Source of the DNA: Bdellovibrionia bacterium | GTDB lineage: Bacteria > Bdellovibrionota > Bdellovibrionia > Bdellovibrionales > JAGQZY01 | Direction of reading: 5' to 3' | Assembly (NCBI GenBank): GCA_030424715.1 | Contig: JAUHWH010000003.1 | Coordinates: 68,148-132,147 of the forward strand | Length of the DNA stretch: 64,000 nt | In this document: positions 46,314 through 55,664 of the stretch, piece after piece | Layout: the number at the start of each line of letters is the position of its first letter | Position numbering within the stretch: position 1 is the stretch's first letter | Program-made: the position numbers and the translations under genes | Notes under the pieces: model-generated | Told to the model about the DNA's origin: nothing | What the model saw: only the letters and a program-made list of their open reading frames with translations | Databases searched by the model: none

Positions 46314-47360
46314 TCAGTCTACAGCTAAGTTTAAAAAAAGCCCTTTCATATCTTCAGCAACCTGATGCCTTCCAGATTCATTAATGTCTAGTTTGACCTT
46401 ATTCAATACAGAAATAAAAGGATCGCAACCACCACCTATACCGGGGAAACATGTTTGCAGCATATCGCCAGGTTTCACACTCGGTTGTCTTTTTACTAGT
46501 TCCTCTGCAAGTTCGTCAGAAATAGGATCGCCATATAATTGGCCAAGTGAGCTAAGGCTGGGACGGATCACGTTTTTCTTATCAAATCGATGATAAGTAA
46601 ATGTCACTTTAGGAATTAACCAATTTGGGTCGGTCATTAGTTTATCAAACTTTCTTTTAATATCTGACAAAAATGAAATTCTAAATGGAGCATTCTCGTC
46701 CGGAGCTGTTTTTTCAAACACTAAATTTGGACCAACAATTACCGCGGTATGTTGAATAACATGTCCAACGTCGTTATTATTGGACTCGCTGATTACCAAG
46801 ACATCACCTATATCAGCATCAGACTCATTAACTATTTTAGAGTTTGTATTAAAAAAAATTGTAACATCATTCATATCCGCTACATAGAGGTAAGCTTCAT
46901 TATCAGAAGTTCCAAACATCGACATCAGATATTCGATCGAAGTATTCCAACAGTTCGATGAGACCTCAGCTCCATTTTTCACTAGCGGCCATGCTTCATC
47001 AAAAAGATCTGCAAGATCGCTGTTATAATCAAAAGTGGAAGGTGGAAAGAGTTTGTTGTTAAATGCTTGAGCAAAAGGCGGCAAGAAATCAGATAGCAGA
47101 TATTGTTGAGAGGAATTGTATTTGATATTTGAGCTGTTATTGTAGATCTTTTTAATTTCTAAAAACGTCTCGGGACTTAGCTTTCCAAGTTCGATTCTAA
47201 GAATATACCTATCCTCTTCAAATTCGTTTTCCCCAATCATCAATGGTTCAATTTTTTTTATACTTGCGGGTGCTCCTGGTATTATATCTGAGATATCATC
47301 GTTCGCGAATGCACAGTCTAAAGCAAAGAAAAATACTAACGGTAAAAGCCAATTTATCAC
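46314..47360 (-). CDS. secreted protein, possible NlpC/P60-like cysteine peptidase (tentative)
   Basis: GTG start with GGAGG 6 nt upstream, and a signal peptide. SSNCWNTSIEYL, then IGDVLVISE....VGHVIQHTAVIVG..LVFEKT (a Cys...His...His order). AT-rich. Confidence 0.4.
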   Translation of the reverse strand: MINWLLPLVFFFALDCAFANDDISDIIPGAPASIKKIEPLMIGENEFEEDRYILRIELGKLSPETFLEIKKIYNNSSNIKYNSSQQYLLSDFLPPFAQAFNNKLFPPSTFDYNSDLADLFDEAWPLVKNGAEVSSNCWNTSIEYLMSMFGTSDNEAYLYVADMNDVTIFFNTNSKIVNESDADIGDVLVISESNNNDVGHVIQHTAVIVGPNLVFEKTAPDENAPFRISFLSDIKRKFDKLMTDPNWLIPKVTFTYHRFDKKNVIRPSLSSLGQLYGDPISDELAEELVKRQPSVKPGDMLQTCFPGIGGGCDPFISVLNKVKLDINESGRHQVAEDMKGLFLNLAVD

Positions 47361-47516
47361 CCAACCTCCATGATCGGATTAAACCAATTGGATGGTAGTA
47401 TATATCGACATTGAATAAATTGGAGATCGATCGCTGAAGATGAATTTTTTACAACCTTGTACCACAATTCATACAGGTAAGTGGCTTAGTGGCTTAGAAA
47501 AATAAGCAATACTGCT

Positions 47517-48014
47517 TTAGTTGCGTAAACAGCGGCCAAGCGAGCCAATGGTGACCCTTGGCATTGTTACACACGATAGCACTTTGTCGGCTCCTGGGTT
47601 ATTTGTCGCGGCACTCTGAAGGCATGCCTCTAATAAGTCGGGATTTCGCGCCAACTGTCCACAAGATCGTATTATTGAATTATCAAATGAACTTGGGGAT
47701 CCCTCTATATATCTTAAACAGCTCTTTGCTCCTACTGTTGTCCTCATCGTTTTTATGCACGTCTGAATCATAGAGAACGAATTGTAGTCCCTAGAGCCAA
47801 TCCTATTACATCGGCTAAGATCACTTAGTGTTAAATCGTGCAAGGACTGCGCAAAGCAATAAGCTTCAGCAACTTTACCAATTTCCTCGTTAGAATATCC
47901 TCTGCAGCTGGTCGTGATGACGGTAGTTGGAGAATCACTTGAAGTGGGGGTTGTATTTTCCGCACCAGCGAAAATTGAAAAGAACATCACGACGCCCAGT
48001 AAGGTATTGAACAT
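47517..48014 (-). CDS. secreted Cys-rich hypothetical protein
   Basis: ATG with GGAGGG upstream, and a signal peptide. 10 Cys in 165 aa. AT-rich. Confidence 0.6.
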   Translation of the reverse strand: MFNTLLGVVMFFSIFAGAENTTPTSSDSPTTVITTSCRGYSNEEIGKVAEAYCFAQSLHDLTLSDLSRCNRIGSRDYNSFSMIQTCIKTMRTTVGAKSCLRYIEGSPSSFDNSIIRSCGQLARNPDLLEACLQSAATNNPGADKVLSCVTMPRVTIGSLGRCLRN

Positions 48015-48189
48015 TATCCCTCCTGAAATAAGGCAATTTTAGCTAGAGTAACATACCAACTCAAATTGGATGAGTCCTGCGGGTATAGATCTTCCCTTTT
48101 TAGTCAAACGTCTCGTGACTTATTTGGGAGACTTTAAAGTGACAGGAAAAATTAGCATCGCGCGAACCCGAAACATGTCCCAATATCTA

Positions 48190-48225
48190 CAAAAGAGATC
48201 CTTCGGCTTTGCCTCAGGAAGACGG
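48190..48225 (-). repeat. REP-like family copy (inverted relative to 46199)
   Basis: CAAAAGAGATCCTTCGGCTTTGCCTCAGGAAGACGG. Its reverse complement matches 46199-46230 at roughly 30 of 36 positions, with small indels. Confidence 0.65.
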
Positions 48226-48521
48226 ATGTTATTTCAGATTAAAATCGTTAACTCAGGCCGAGGGGCATATCTTGGAGTCGTAGCCAACCAATCCCGCATC
48301 GTAAAAGGATTTAGGGAATTTTGGGATAGGTGTGGCTACCTCAACTACAAATATATGTTGAGTGGTTTCCAGTAGTTATCCACATGGCAACAAAAACAAG
48401 AAAGAGGTGCTTCGATTCTCAGAGTTTAGACAACTCTGTACTATTTATAGAGTGGCGGGCGATCTCTAGGGTTCTGGGGGAGAGTGATATAAAATGACAT
48501 TTTCGAAAGGAAAACGAGCCG

Positions 48522-49361
48522 TTGGAGCGATTTTTTAAATCCTATTCAGTCTTAGTGGTTTTGCTTCTGATGTTCGTCCCTGGGGCGGCCCAGGCCTCGT
48601 TGACGTGTTCTCAGGCTCTTTCAATGGTGGATAGGGTTCCCGCCGCAAAACTGCGTTTCACCCAGGCTTTTGTGGGGCGCGCCTGGGCCGAATCAAAAGT
48701 GGAGAAATTGAATATAGGTTTCGAAGCCTGGCGAGAGGCGAACCCTAAAGGAAAAAAGGCCACCTTTTTGGCGGAACTGACGTCTGATAGCCCCATTCCG
48801 GCGATTCGTGACTTAGACGGGACCATTCGAATAGTGGACAAACACCACACCTTTTACGCCATGGTCTTGTTTAACGGGAAAAGTCTCGGTTTTAACGTCA
48901 ACGTGAAGATGGTGAAAGACTACTCAGCGGGCCGCAAACCACCCCTGGAGCGTCTGCCATGGACCAGGGAGCTGGTCATTCAAGATATGGTCAACGATGC
49001 CTTTTTGGGTAAAATAAGCAGTGGGGACCCCCAATACCGATGGCTGCAGCAGTTACCCCATAATATTCTAGAATTGGGGGATCTACCGATGCGAAGTCTG
49101 ATGAGCTTTTTGATGGGATCCTTTCCGATCCAATTAAAGGGTCGTGATTTTTTACCGCATTTTCAAAACAACCTGGCCAAAAAGATTATGGAGCTCGGAC
49201 TGGAGCCTTTTTCTGAGAACTCCTACGGGCCCGAAAATTTGACCCGATTACGAAAGATGATTCTGGAGCATGAAGATCTGCGACAATTTGTGATCGAGCA
49301 GATCGACCCATCGATTTCAGAGATCCGACGAGGTGAAATTTTGGATTTCTTAAGTGCTTAA
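48522..49361 (+). CDS. secreted ParB/Srx-fold (ParB-like nuclease domain 2-type) protein (tentative)
   Basis: TTG start and signal peptide ...FVPGAAQA. LRFTQAFVG and IRIVDKHHTFYAM resemble the PTQ..vG / DGHH blocks of ParB-like nuclease domains. Confidence 0.45.
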   Translation: MERFFKSYSVLVVLLLMFVPGAAQASLTCSQALSMVDRVPAAKLRFTQAFVGRAWAESKVEKLNIGFEAWREANPKGKKATFLAELTSDSPIPAIRDLDGTIRIVDKHHTFYAMVLFNGKSLGFNVNVKMVKDYSAGRKPPLERLPWTRELVIQDMVNDAFLGKISSGDPQYRWLQQLPHNILELGDLPMRSLMSFLMGSFPIQLKGRDFLPHFQNNLAKKIMELGLEPFSENSYGPENLTRLRKMILEHEDLRQFVIEQIDPSISEIRRGEILDFLSA

Positions 49362-49466
49362 AAACAGAGCATGCCGAAGTGAGAAAAACCTAGGGTTTAC
49401 CCTTCGTTAAAGACTCGCGTCGTACAGGGCAAATATGGAGCTCTAAAAATAAATTCTATTTTACAC

Positions 49467-49578
49467 AATAATATCAAATACTTAGCTATTCATAATATAA
49501 CTATAAGTGTAAATTTATAAGTTTGGCCCGCAGATCCTCGAATGGATTCCTGAATTATCTAATAATATCAGATACTTA
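49467..49578 (+). promoter_or_regulatory. AT-rich upstream region with an 18-nt direct repeat pair
   Basis: AATAATATCAAATACTTA at 49467-49484 and AATAATATCAGATACTTA at 49561-49578 (17/18). ACACAAT-type motifs recur at 49463, 49640 and 49661. Confidence 0.45.
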
Positions 49579-49684
49579 TGAGTGTTTGGCGTGATTTTGG
49601 TCTGGAAGCGTTGCGTATCGCAATTAGATATATCGTGAAACACAATATTAAATATAGCAAAACACAACACTTGGGAGTGGTTTT

Positions 49685-50443
49685 ATGGATGAGATCGAAA
49701 AGCACACAGATGATCCTTTAAGCTTGTCAAAAGAGGATCTGGAGACCTTATTTGAGAACGCTTTTAATGAAGAGGTCTCAGAAGGTGCAAAAAACACCCC
49801 AAAACAGCCACCTAAAACCCCCCTTTTTGAGGGCTCCTTTTCAGCCCCCCATTCGGGGTTTTCAAAAAGCCCCAGTTCTGAATCTCAAGTTGATAAGATC
49901 AAGCCTATGGCGGAAGACAGTCGATCCAAATCGGCTCTTCGTATAAAATACGAGGCGGAAGTCGAAGGTATTAAAGAGTCCCATGGCGATCTCGAGACCA
50001 TTCGTAGAAAACTGAGATTATCGAAACGAAAAATGGCGCAGCTTTTGTTAGTGGACCCATCGGCTTGGACCCGGTGGACCATGAAAGACGGGGAGGCTCC
50101 CCCTCATGTTTATCGAGCCTTGCAGTGGTACCTTCTTTTGCAAGACAAGCATCCCGAGTACAAAAGCGCGCTGTGGCTGAACGCAGTCGCTCAACCCCAG
50201 ATCAGCGAGCATGAGCTGGCAAATATCAGAAAAAGCCTGATTGATGGTTCTGAAGATGCTTTAAAAGAGCGCGCGCGCTTGATTTTGCAAAGCCAGAATC
50301 AAGATCAGCAACACCTTGAAGGGCAATTGACTCGGGCCCAAAAGCAGGTGAGTGCGCTCAATCAGAGAATTCAGTGGCTCATTATAGGGCAATTCGCCTT
50401 AGTCTTTTTGATGGTCGTCGGAGTGCTGATTTCCGTGTCTTAA
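49685..50443 (+). CDS. tail-anchored XRE-family HTH protein
   Basis: The central LRLSKRKMAQLLLVDPSAWTRWTMKDGEAPPHVYRALQWYLLLQDKHPE matches the YiaG/MqsA-C-type HTH pattern. It is followed by a Gln-rich coiled region and a terminal TM helix WLIIGQFALVFLMVVGVLISVS. Confidence 0.6.
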   Translation: MDEIEKHTDDPLSLSKEDLETLFENAFNEEVSEGAKNTPKQPPKTPLFEGSFSAPHSGFSKSPSSESQVDKIKPMAEDSRSKSALRIKYEAEVEGIKESHGDLETIRRKLRLSKRKMAQLLLVDPSAWTRWTMKDGEAPPHVYRALQWYLLLQDKHPEYKSALWLNAVAQPQISEHELANIRKSLIDGSEDALKERARLILQSQNQDQQHLEGQLTRAQKQVSALNQRIQWLIIGQFALVFLMVVGVLISVS

Positions 50444-50512
50444 AAAGAGAATCCAATAAAGTAAAGGGTGATAATAACCGATAGTTACTTGTCTGTCTTA
50501 AGGAGAAGTTTC

Positions 50513-53446
50513 ATGAAAATCGGTACGTACTCTTTTCGCCTTTTTTTATCACTCGTTCTGGTTTTGTTCTTAGGGGCCTGCTCTAAGAAACAAGCCAAAC
50601 CCAGTGTGACGATGCAGTTTAGCTCAAAAGTCTCTAGTGCTTCAGCGAGAACCATTGATGGTGTTCTCGTCAATGTCTCCAGCGCCGGCGTTCTCTTGGA
50701 TGCCTTTGAGTTGGATTGTGAATTGGAAGACTGTAACAATATCTCTTTTGACGTGGACTCTCCCGGAAGCAAGTTAATTCAGGTGCTCATCCTTACCGAA
50801 GACAGCTCCAACGTGACTTACATCAATTACGGCGATGTAGCCGCCAACCTCACGGGTGGCGACAACTTTTTTACTATTTCTTTGAGGGAGCTTGGTAACT
50901 TTCGTAACGAAGCGGATGTGATGGGACGCTACATTCCTTCAGCAGGGCCCATGGCAGGCAAGGTGCTTACGGGGCAGATCATTACCAATGTGGCTGTGGA
51001 AGTCGGCAAGCCCGACATGAAAGTTTCAAAAACCGAAATGTTCGGCGGCATGTTTCGGCTCTTCGCTCTGGACAGCGTCGGGTTCAAGTACACGTTTACA
51101 GGCTTTGACCGCAACGGGAACTTCTATTTTCAACGCCCTATTTTTAATGACCTTCACGACGTCAATGGTCTCACTCTCAGTAGCTTGGGAATTCGGCCAG
51201 CATCCCCCAGAGTCGCCCATTTTGATTTGGGACAGCAGCACTACGAAATAAACCAGGACGACGACCCTTTTGAGCTCGAAAGTTTTGATCGTCAAATCAT
51301 GGGATTTTTTGGGTTGAGTACCGCAGGTGATGTTCTCTGTGCCGACCAGCTCTCTCCTGCAACGCTCTTGGACGGGCAAAATGGCAAAGGCTTTTACTGC
51401 AAAACCATTGACCCTATTAGTGGTTCTTGTTCGACCTATTTCAACTGGGGAGAGATGTTAACCAATAGCTCCGCCACCGGAGTGGATGGTGCGAGTAGCA
51501 CTTGCACTAGCTCGCCTTCAGAACTCAAAGTGGACTTGGCTCGAATAGGAGACCACGGTACCGAAATTATGGGGTTCTTTGGGCCTTTTGAAACAACGGC
51601 GGCAGGAACTCTCTCTGACCTTACTTCTTCAGGTGTTCTCAGCTGGAGAATCAACAGCGGCACCTACCTTGATGAAGATAGTGCCGTCGAAGTTTTTGTT
51701 TCATCGGATGTTTCGAACTTCTACCAAGGTGAAGTGGAAACCGATCGCGACGGTATCGACTGTGAAGCATTGGTGGCTTACGGGTTTGAGTCTATTGGAA
51801 CCTTCCCGCTCAACAGCGGTGCCGATTCCTCGGCGACTATTCCCGCAGCCTTGCAGGGCGCCAATACGGGGTATGCTATCTGTCCTCTGCACCCTGACGG
51901 TGGTTACTACGACAGTGCCTTGGTGTTTGACGGAAATCAAAATGACGGCCCCGCTTTCCCCACCCAAGTGAAATTGCTAAAGGCGCCCCATTTGGGGACC
52001 TCAGTCAGCACGGTGAACCAAAGCGTTTGCTACCCCTTTCTTGTGCAATTGGTGGATGATGCTGGCAATCTAGCATCTTCTCCCTCTACCGAACAGATCA
52101 ACCTCTCTAGCAACAATGCCGGCAATAAATTCTTTACAAGTCGGTCCGATTGTCAGGCGGGAACCCCCGATACCTCGGTCGTCATGACCCATAATCAGCA
52201 GGTGATTTATTTTAAAGCAACAGCGACAAACGGGACCTACACCCTAAGCGCCGACGACGACCTGGCAGTTTTGGGGAGCACCTCCTTGACCATCACAGTT
52301 CAAGCACCCGGTGCTATTAATATCATTGAAATGGTGCCCAGTTACTACCGAGCGAACGAAATGGAGGTGGCCTCCACTGAAATCTGTGTTCCCTTTAAAA
52401 TTGTGGGTAAAGACAGCGATGGTGAGCTGGTCCCTTTTGGTAGTGGTCCACCAATGTTCAACCTCAATGGGGTGAGGCTTTCTGATAACACTACGCCAGC
52501 CTTGTTCTATGCTACAAAAGCGACTTGTGAGTTGGGCAGTGCGGCCCTCTCTACAAATCAAACACTACCGAGCGCGGATGTGGAGTACGAGGTCTGGCTG
52601 GCCGTACCATCCTCTCCTGACACCATAGGGGGTATTTTAGCCACGACCAGTACCGATTGTGTTTCGATCAATTGCGCACCTGGAGGACAAACAATCTCAG
52701 TGGTGTCACCCGGGCCTTTTAACCATTTTCACGCCGATCTCGTCGAAGGAGACATGACCGCAGGTTCTTGCAATAAATTTAAACTCGGCGCTTACGACAA
52801 TCACAAACCCAACAGCTATCCGGCCGCCTTTCCCAGCTCAGGAAGTGTCTTTGTCGACAACCAGAGCACAGACGGAGGGCTGTTCTACGATGCCCTCAAT
52901 CCCTGTGATAACAATATTATCTTTTTAGATGTGGACAGCGGTTATCATAGTCTTGTCGGTGTTTCAGGCTCACAAACGGAGGCCTTTGTGCAGTACCAAC
53001 CCAATGAGGTGTTGGGTGGAACAGAGGTCAATCTCACTTTTGAATACGCAGGCTATTTTTCTAGTTTCTACCAAAGCCTGTCAGCCCCCAGTGATGCCTT
53101 TCTATCGATTTCTCATGGTCCTATCTATGACTTTGGTTTGGTAACAGGAGGTACAGAGCCGACCCATATTTTTACGGTGACCAACGAGGGTAGCGTAGAT
53201 GCTGCAACTCTCTCCGCCAGTCCAATCACTTTCACATTTAACAGTAGCGAATACTCTATCGTCGTTGGTGCAGGAACAACTTGCACGGCTTCTCAAACTC
53301 TGGCAGCCGGAGCCAGTTGTACAATCGAAATTGAGATGGAGAACCCTGGTTCAGGATTTTCAGAGGCTATAATGAATGTTCACTACGCGGACTCAGTGCC
53401 GGTCTCTCGTCAGAGTAAACGTGTGCTTCGCGGTCAGCGCCCATAA
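50513..53446 (+). CDS. large surface lipoprotein with a C-terminal choice-of-anchor-D/ASH-like domain
   Basis: ATG at 50513 with AAGGAG 8 nt upstream. Lipobox FLGAC. C-terminus IYDFGLV..G...HIFTVTNEG...A..L........F.......C....L..GASCTIEIE..NPG. Confidence 0.65.
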   Translation: MKIGTYSFRLFLSLVLVLFLGACSKKQAKPSVTMQFSSKVSSASARTIDGVLVNVSSAGVLLDAFELDCELEDCNNISFDVDSPGSKLIQVLILTEDSSNVTYINYGDVAANLTGGDNFFTISLRELGNFRNEADVMGRYIPSAGPMAGKVLTGQIITNVAVEVGKPDMKVSKTEMFGGMFRLFALDSVGFKYTFTGFDRNGNFYFQRPIFNDLHDVNGLTLSSLGIRPASPRVAHFDLGQQHYEINQDDDPFELESFDRQIMGFFGLSTAGDVLCADQLSPATLLDGQNGKGFYCKTIDPISGSCSTYFNWGEMLTNSSATGVDGASSTCTSSPSELKVDLARIGDHGTEIMGFFGPFETTAAGTLSDLTSSGVLSWRINSGTYLDEDSAVEVFVSSDVSNFYQGEVETDRDGIDCEALVAYGFESIGTFPLNSGADSSATIPAALQGANTGYAICPLHPDGGYYDSALVFDGNQNDGPAFPTQVKLLKAPHLGTSVSTVNQSVCYPFLVQLVDDAGNLASSPSTEQINLSSNNAGNKFFTSRSDCQAGTPDTSVVMTHNQQVIYFKATATNGTYTLSADDDLAVLGSTSLTITVQAPGAINIIEMVPSYYRANEMEVASTEICVPFKIVGKDSDGELVPFGSGPPMFNLNGVRLSDNTTPALFYATKATCELGSAALSTNQTLPSADVEYEVWLAVPSSPDTIGGILATTSTDCVSINCAPGGQTISVVSPGPFNHFHADLVEGDMTAGSCNKFKLGAYDNHKPNSYPAAFPSSGSVFVDNQSTDGGLFYDALNPCDNNIIFLDVDSGYHSLVGVSGSQTEAFVQYQPNEVLGGTEVNLTFEYAGYFSSFYQSLSAPSDAFLSISHGPIYDFGLVTGGTEPTHIFTVTNEGSVDAATLSASPITFTFNSSEYSIVVGAGTTCTASQTLAAGASCTIEIEMENPGSGFSEAIMNVHYADSVPVSRQSKRVLRGQRP

Positions 53447-53594
53447 ACTTTCCTTATAAGAGCCTTTAACTCTGCATCATAGGTGCGGGGTTAATGGGCT
53501 GTTGGCCGGAATTTTCTTGCAAAATATAAGTCCTATTTATTATGGTGTGCGCTCACGATGACGCGAGTAATCAGTTCTCAGCGGGGAGGCACTC

Positions 53595-54707
53595 ATGGTT
53601 TTTGAAAACATTGGTAATTACGGCAATCACGAACAAGTCATTTTTTGTCACGACAAAGACACTGGTTTAAAAGGTATTATAGCCATTCACGACACCACAT
53701 TGGGGCCAGCTTTGGGCGGCACTCGCATGTGGAATTACGCCACTGAAGAAGATGCCCTTATTGACGTTCTCCGACTCTCTGAAGGTATGACCTACAAAGC
53801 GGCAGCCGCTGGACTCAACTTGGGTGGCGGAAAAGCTGTCATCATCGGCGACCCTAAAAAAGACAAATCTGAGGGTCTGTTTCGTGCCTTTGGTATGTAT
53901 ATCAACGCACTCAACGGTCGATACATTACGGCCGAAGACGTAGGAACCTCAGAAGCTGATATGGAACAAGTTTACGCTGAAACCCCTTGGGTTACCGGTA
54001 TCCCCAAAGGCCTTGGTGGTTCGGGCGACCCCTCGCCTTACACGGCTCACGGTGTGCTGATGGCGATTAAAGCCTCTTGCAAAGAAAAGCTAGGCTCCGA
54101 AAACCTCAACGGTGTGCGGGTGGCTGTGCAAGGTTTAGGAAACGTGGGCTCCAACTTAGTGAAGTACTTGATCGAAGAAGGCGCCAAAGTGATCGTCGCC
54201 GATATCGACCAAGAGCGAGTGCAAAAAATGGCCGATGAATTCGGTTGTGAATCCATGGACCCTAACGAGATTCACTCGGCTGAGTGTGATGTTTTCGCCC
54301 CTTGCGCCTTGGGAGCGATCATCAATGATCAAACCATCCCCCAACTGCAGTGCAAGATCGTGGCAGGTGGAGCCAATAATATGTTGGCTGAAACCAAGCA
54401 TGGTGAGGCTCTACGAGAAGTGGGCATTCTGTATGCTCCGGACTTCGTGGCGAACGCCGGCGGCCTGATGAACGTTTTTGCCGAGCTAGAAGGCTACTCG
54501 GTTGAAAGAGCTCTTGAGAGAACTTCGGCTGTCTACAACAACATGATGAACATCTTTAGCCTTGCGAAGCGGGACAATTGCTCCACTCATGACGCGGCCT
54601 TTAAATTCGCCACTCAGCGGCTGAACACCCTTGGGCGCCTCAAGCGTAAGCATCAAGGATCCACATCGCGCCCCTTTACCACCCTTAAAGAAGTCTACAA
54701 TCGCTAG
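53595..54707 (+). CDS. ldh: Leu/Val/Phe-type amino-acid dehydrogenase (leucine dehydrogenase-like)
   Basis: LGPALGGTRMW, GGGKAVIIGDP, GLGNVGS (NAD fold). SD GGGGAGG lies upstream. Confidence 0.88.
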   Translation: MVFENIGNYGNHEQVIFCHDKDTGLKGIIAIHDTTLGPALGGTRMWNYATEEDALIDVLRLSEGMTYKAAAAGLNLGGGKAVIIGDPKKDKSEGLFRAFGMYINALNGRYITAEDVGTSEADMEQVYAETPWVTGIPKGLGGSGDPSPYTAHGVLMAIKASCKEKLGSENLNGVRVAVQGLGNVGSNLVKYLIEEGAKVIVADIDQERVQKMADEFGCESMDPNEIHSAECDVFAPCALGAIINDQTIPQLQCKIVAGGANNMLAETKHGEALREVGILYAPDFVANAGGLMNVFAELEGYSVERALERTSAVYNNMMNIFSLAKRDNCSTHDAAFKFATQRLNTLGRLKRKHQGSTSRPFTTLKEVYNR

Positions 54708-54716
54708 ATTGTAGAC
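54693..54716 (+). terminator. 9-bp perfect stem-loop spanning the stop codon; a T6 run lies ~20 nt downstream
   Basis: GTCTACAAT-CGCTAG-ATTGTAGAC. The U tract is not adjacent, so terminator function is uncertain. Confidence 0.3.
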
Positions 54717-54827
54717 GGATCACCAGCCGGGGCTCTTTTTTGTCTGTAAAGAGTCTCTATTATTGACTTTTTTCAGAATTCGCACTTTTCTAGAGCCCTT
54801 GATAAACGACAGGCCAAGGAGCACCTC

Positions 54828-55664
54828 GTGAGCCAACAAAAAAATGAATGGGACATCCTCGAATTTGCATCGCAAACGTCGAAAGTCATCGAGAACAACT
54901 TTAAGCTTGTTGTCGGAGCCTTTGCCGCCCTAATTATCGCAGCCAGCGTCTGGAGCTATATGAATAGTGTGGCCCGCGACAAAGAGATGCAGGCTTTCAA
55001 CGAACTCTATAAAATCACGAAAGTTTACCAAAAGAAAAAAGCCGATTTTGCAGAAGCCAAAGAGGCCAAAGAGAAACCAAAAGATAAAAAAGGCGATTCA
55101 AAAGAAGAGCCTAAAAAAGACCTCGTGGCAGCCACCGGCGACATCACAAAAGACTATCCCCAGGTCGTTCCCGAGTTGCAAGCCTTTATCGAGGCCCGTC
55201 CCCACCGTAACGCCACTGCCGAAGCGGCACTGACTCTGTCTGAAATCTACAGCGAGTATGATCAGGATGCCAAGGGTGCCGAAGTCTTGGCCAAGGTCCT
55301 AAAAGACTGGGATGAAAAAAATGTTCTTTTTACCGTGATGCAAATGCGCGCCGGTGATCTATGGGCCTCCATGGAAAACTGTGAAAAAGCCGTGAATCAT
55401 TGGCAGGTTGTGGCGTCCAGTGAAAGCTTTGTGGCAAGACAAGCGCAACTGAAACTTGGGGTCTGCTTGCAAGAGATCGGTCGACTTGATGAAGCTCGTA
55501 TTTGGTTCGAGAAAATCAAAGACAAAGATCCCAATTCGTCGGAAGGATTTAGCGCTAAAAGATATCTTCGATTTCTGGAGTTCAAATCAAATAATCAATC
55601 CACAACTCCCACAAAAGACGACAAAGCGCAAAACAGTGCTTCGTCCAATGATAAGGCCTCATGA
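54828..55664 (+). CDS. YfgM-like membrane-anchored TPR protein
   Basis: N-terminal TM (LVVGAFAALIIAASVW), a Lys/Glu-rich linker and a TPR-like C-terminus. 4-nt overlap with the following BamB-like gene, as in yfgM-bamB. Confidence 0.6.
   Translation: MSQQKNEWDILEFASQTSKVIENNFKLVVGAFAALIIAASVWSYMNSVARDKEMQAFNELYKITKVYQKKKADFAEAKEAKEKPKDKKGDSKEEPKKDLVAATGDITKDYPQVVPELQAFIEARPHRNATAEAALTLSEIYSEYDQDAKGAEVLAKVLKDWDEKNVLFTVMQMRAGDLWASMENCEKAVNHWQVVASSESFVARQAQLKLGVCLQEIGRLDEARIWFEKIKDKDPNSSEGFSAKRYLRFLEFKSNNQSTTPTKDDKAQNSASSNDKAS

Noticed and set aside
48070-48375. 101-aa ORF upstream of the Cys-rich protein gene.
   Set aside because: It contains the REP-like repeat copy in its middle, has no SD and is basic and low-complexity. 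It is probably non-coding.
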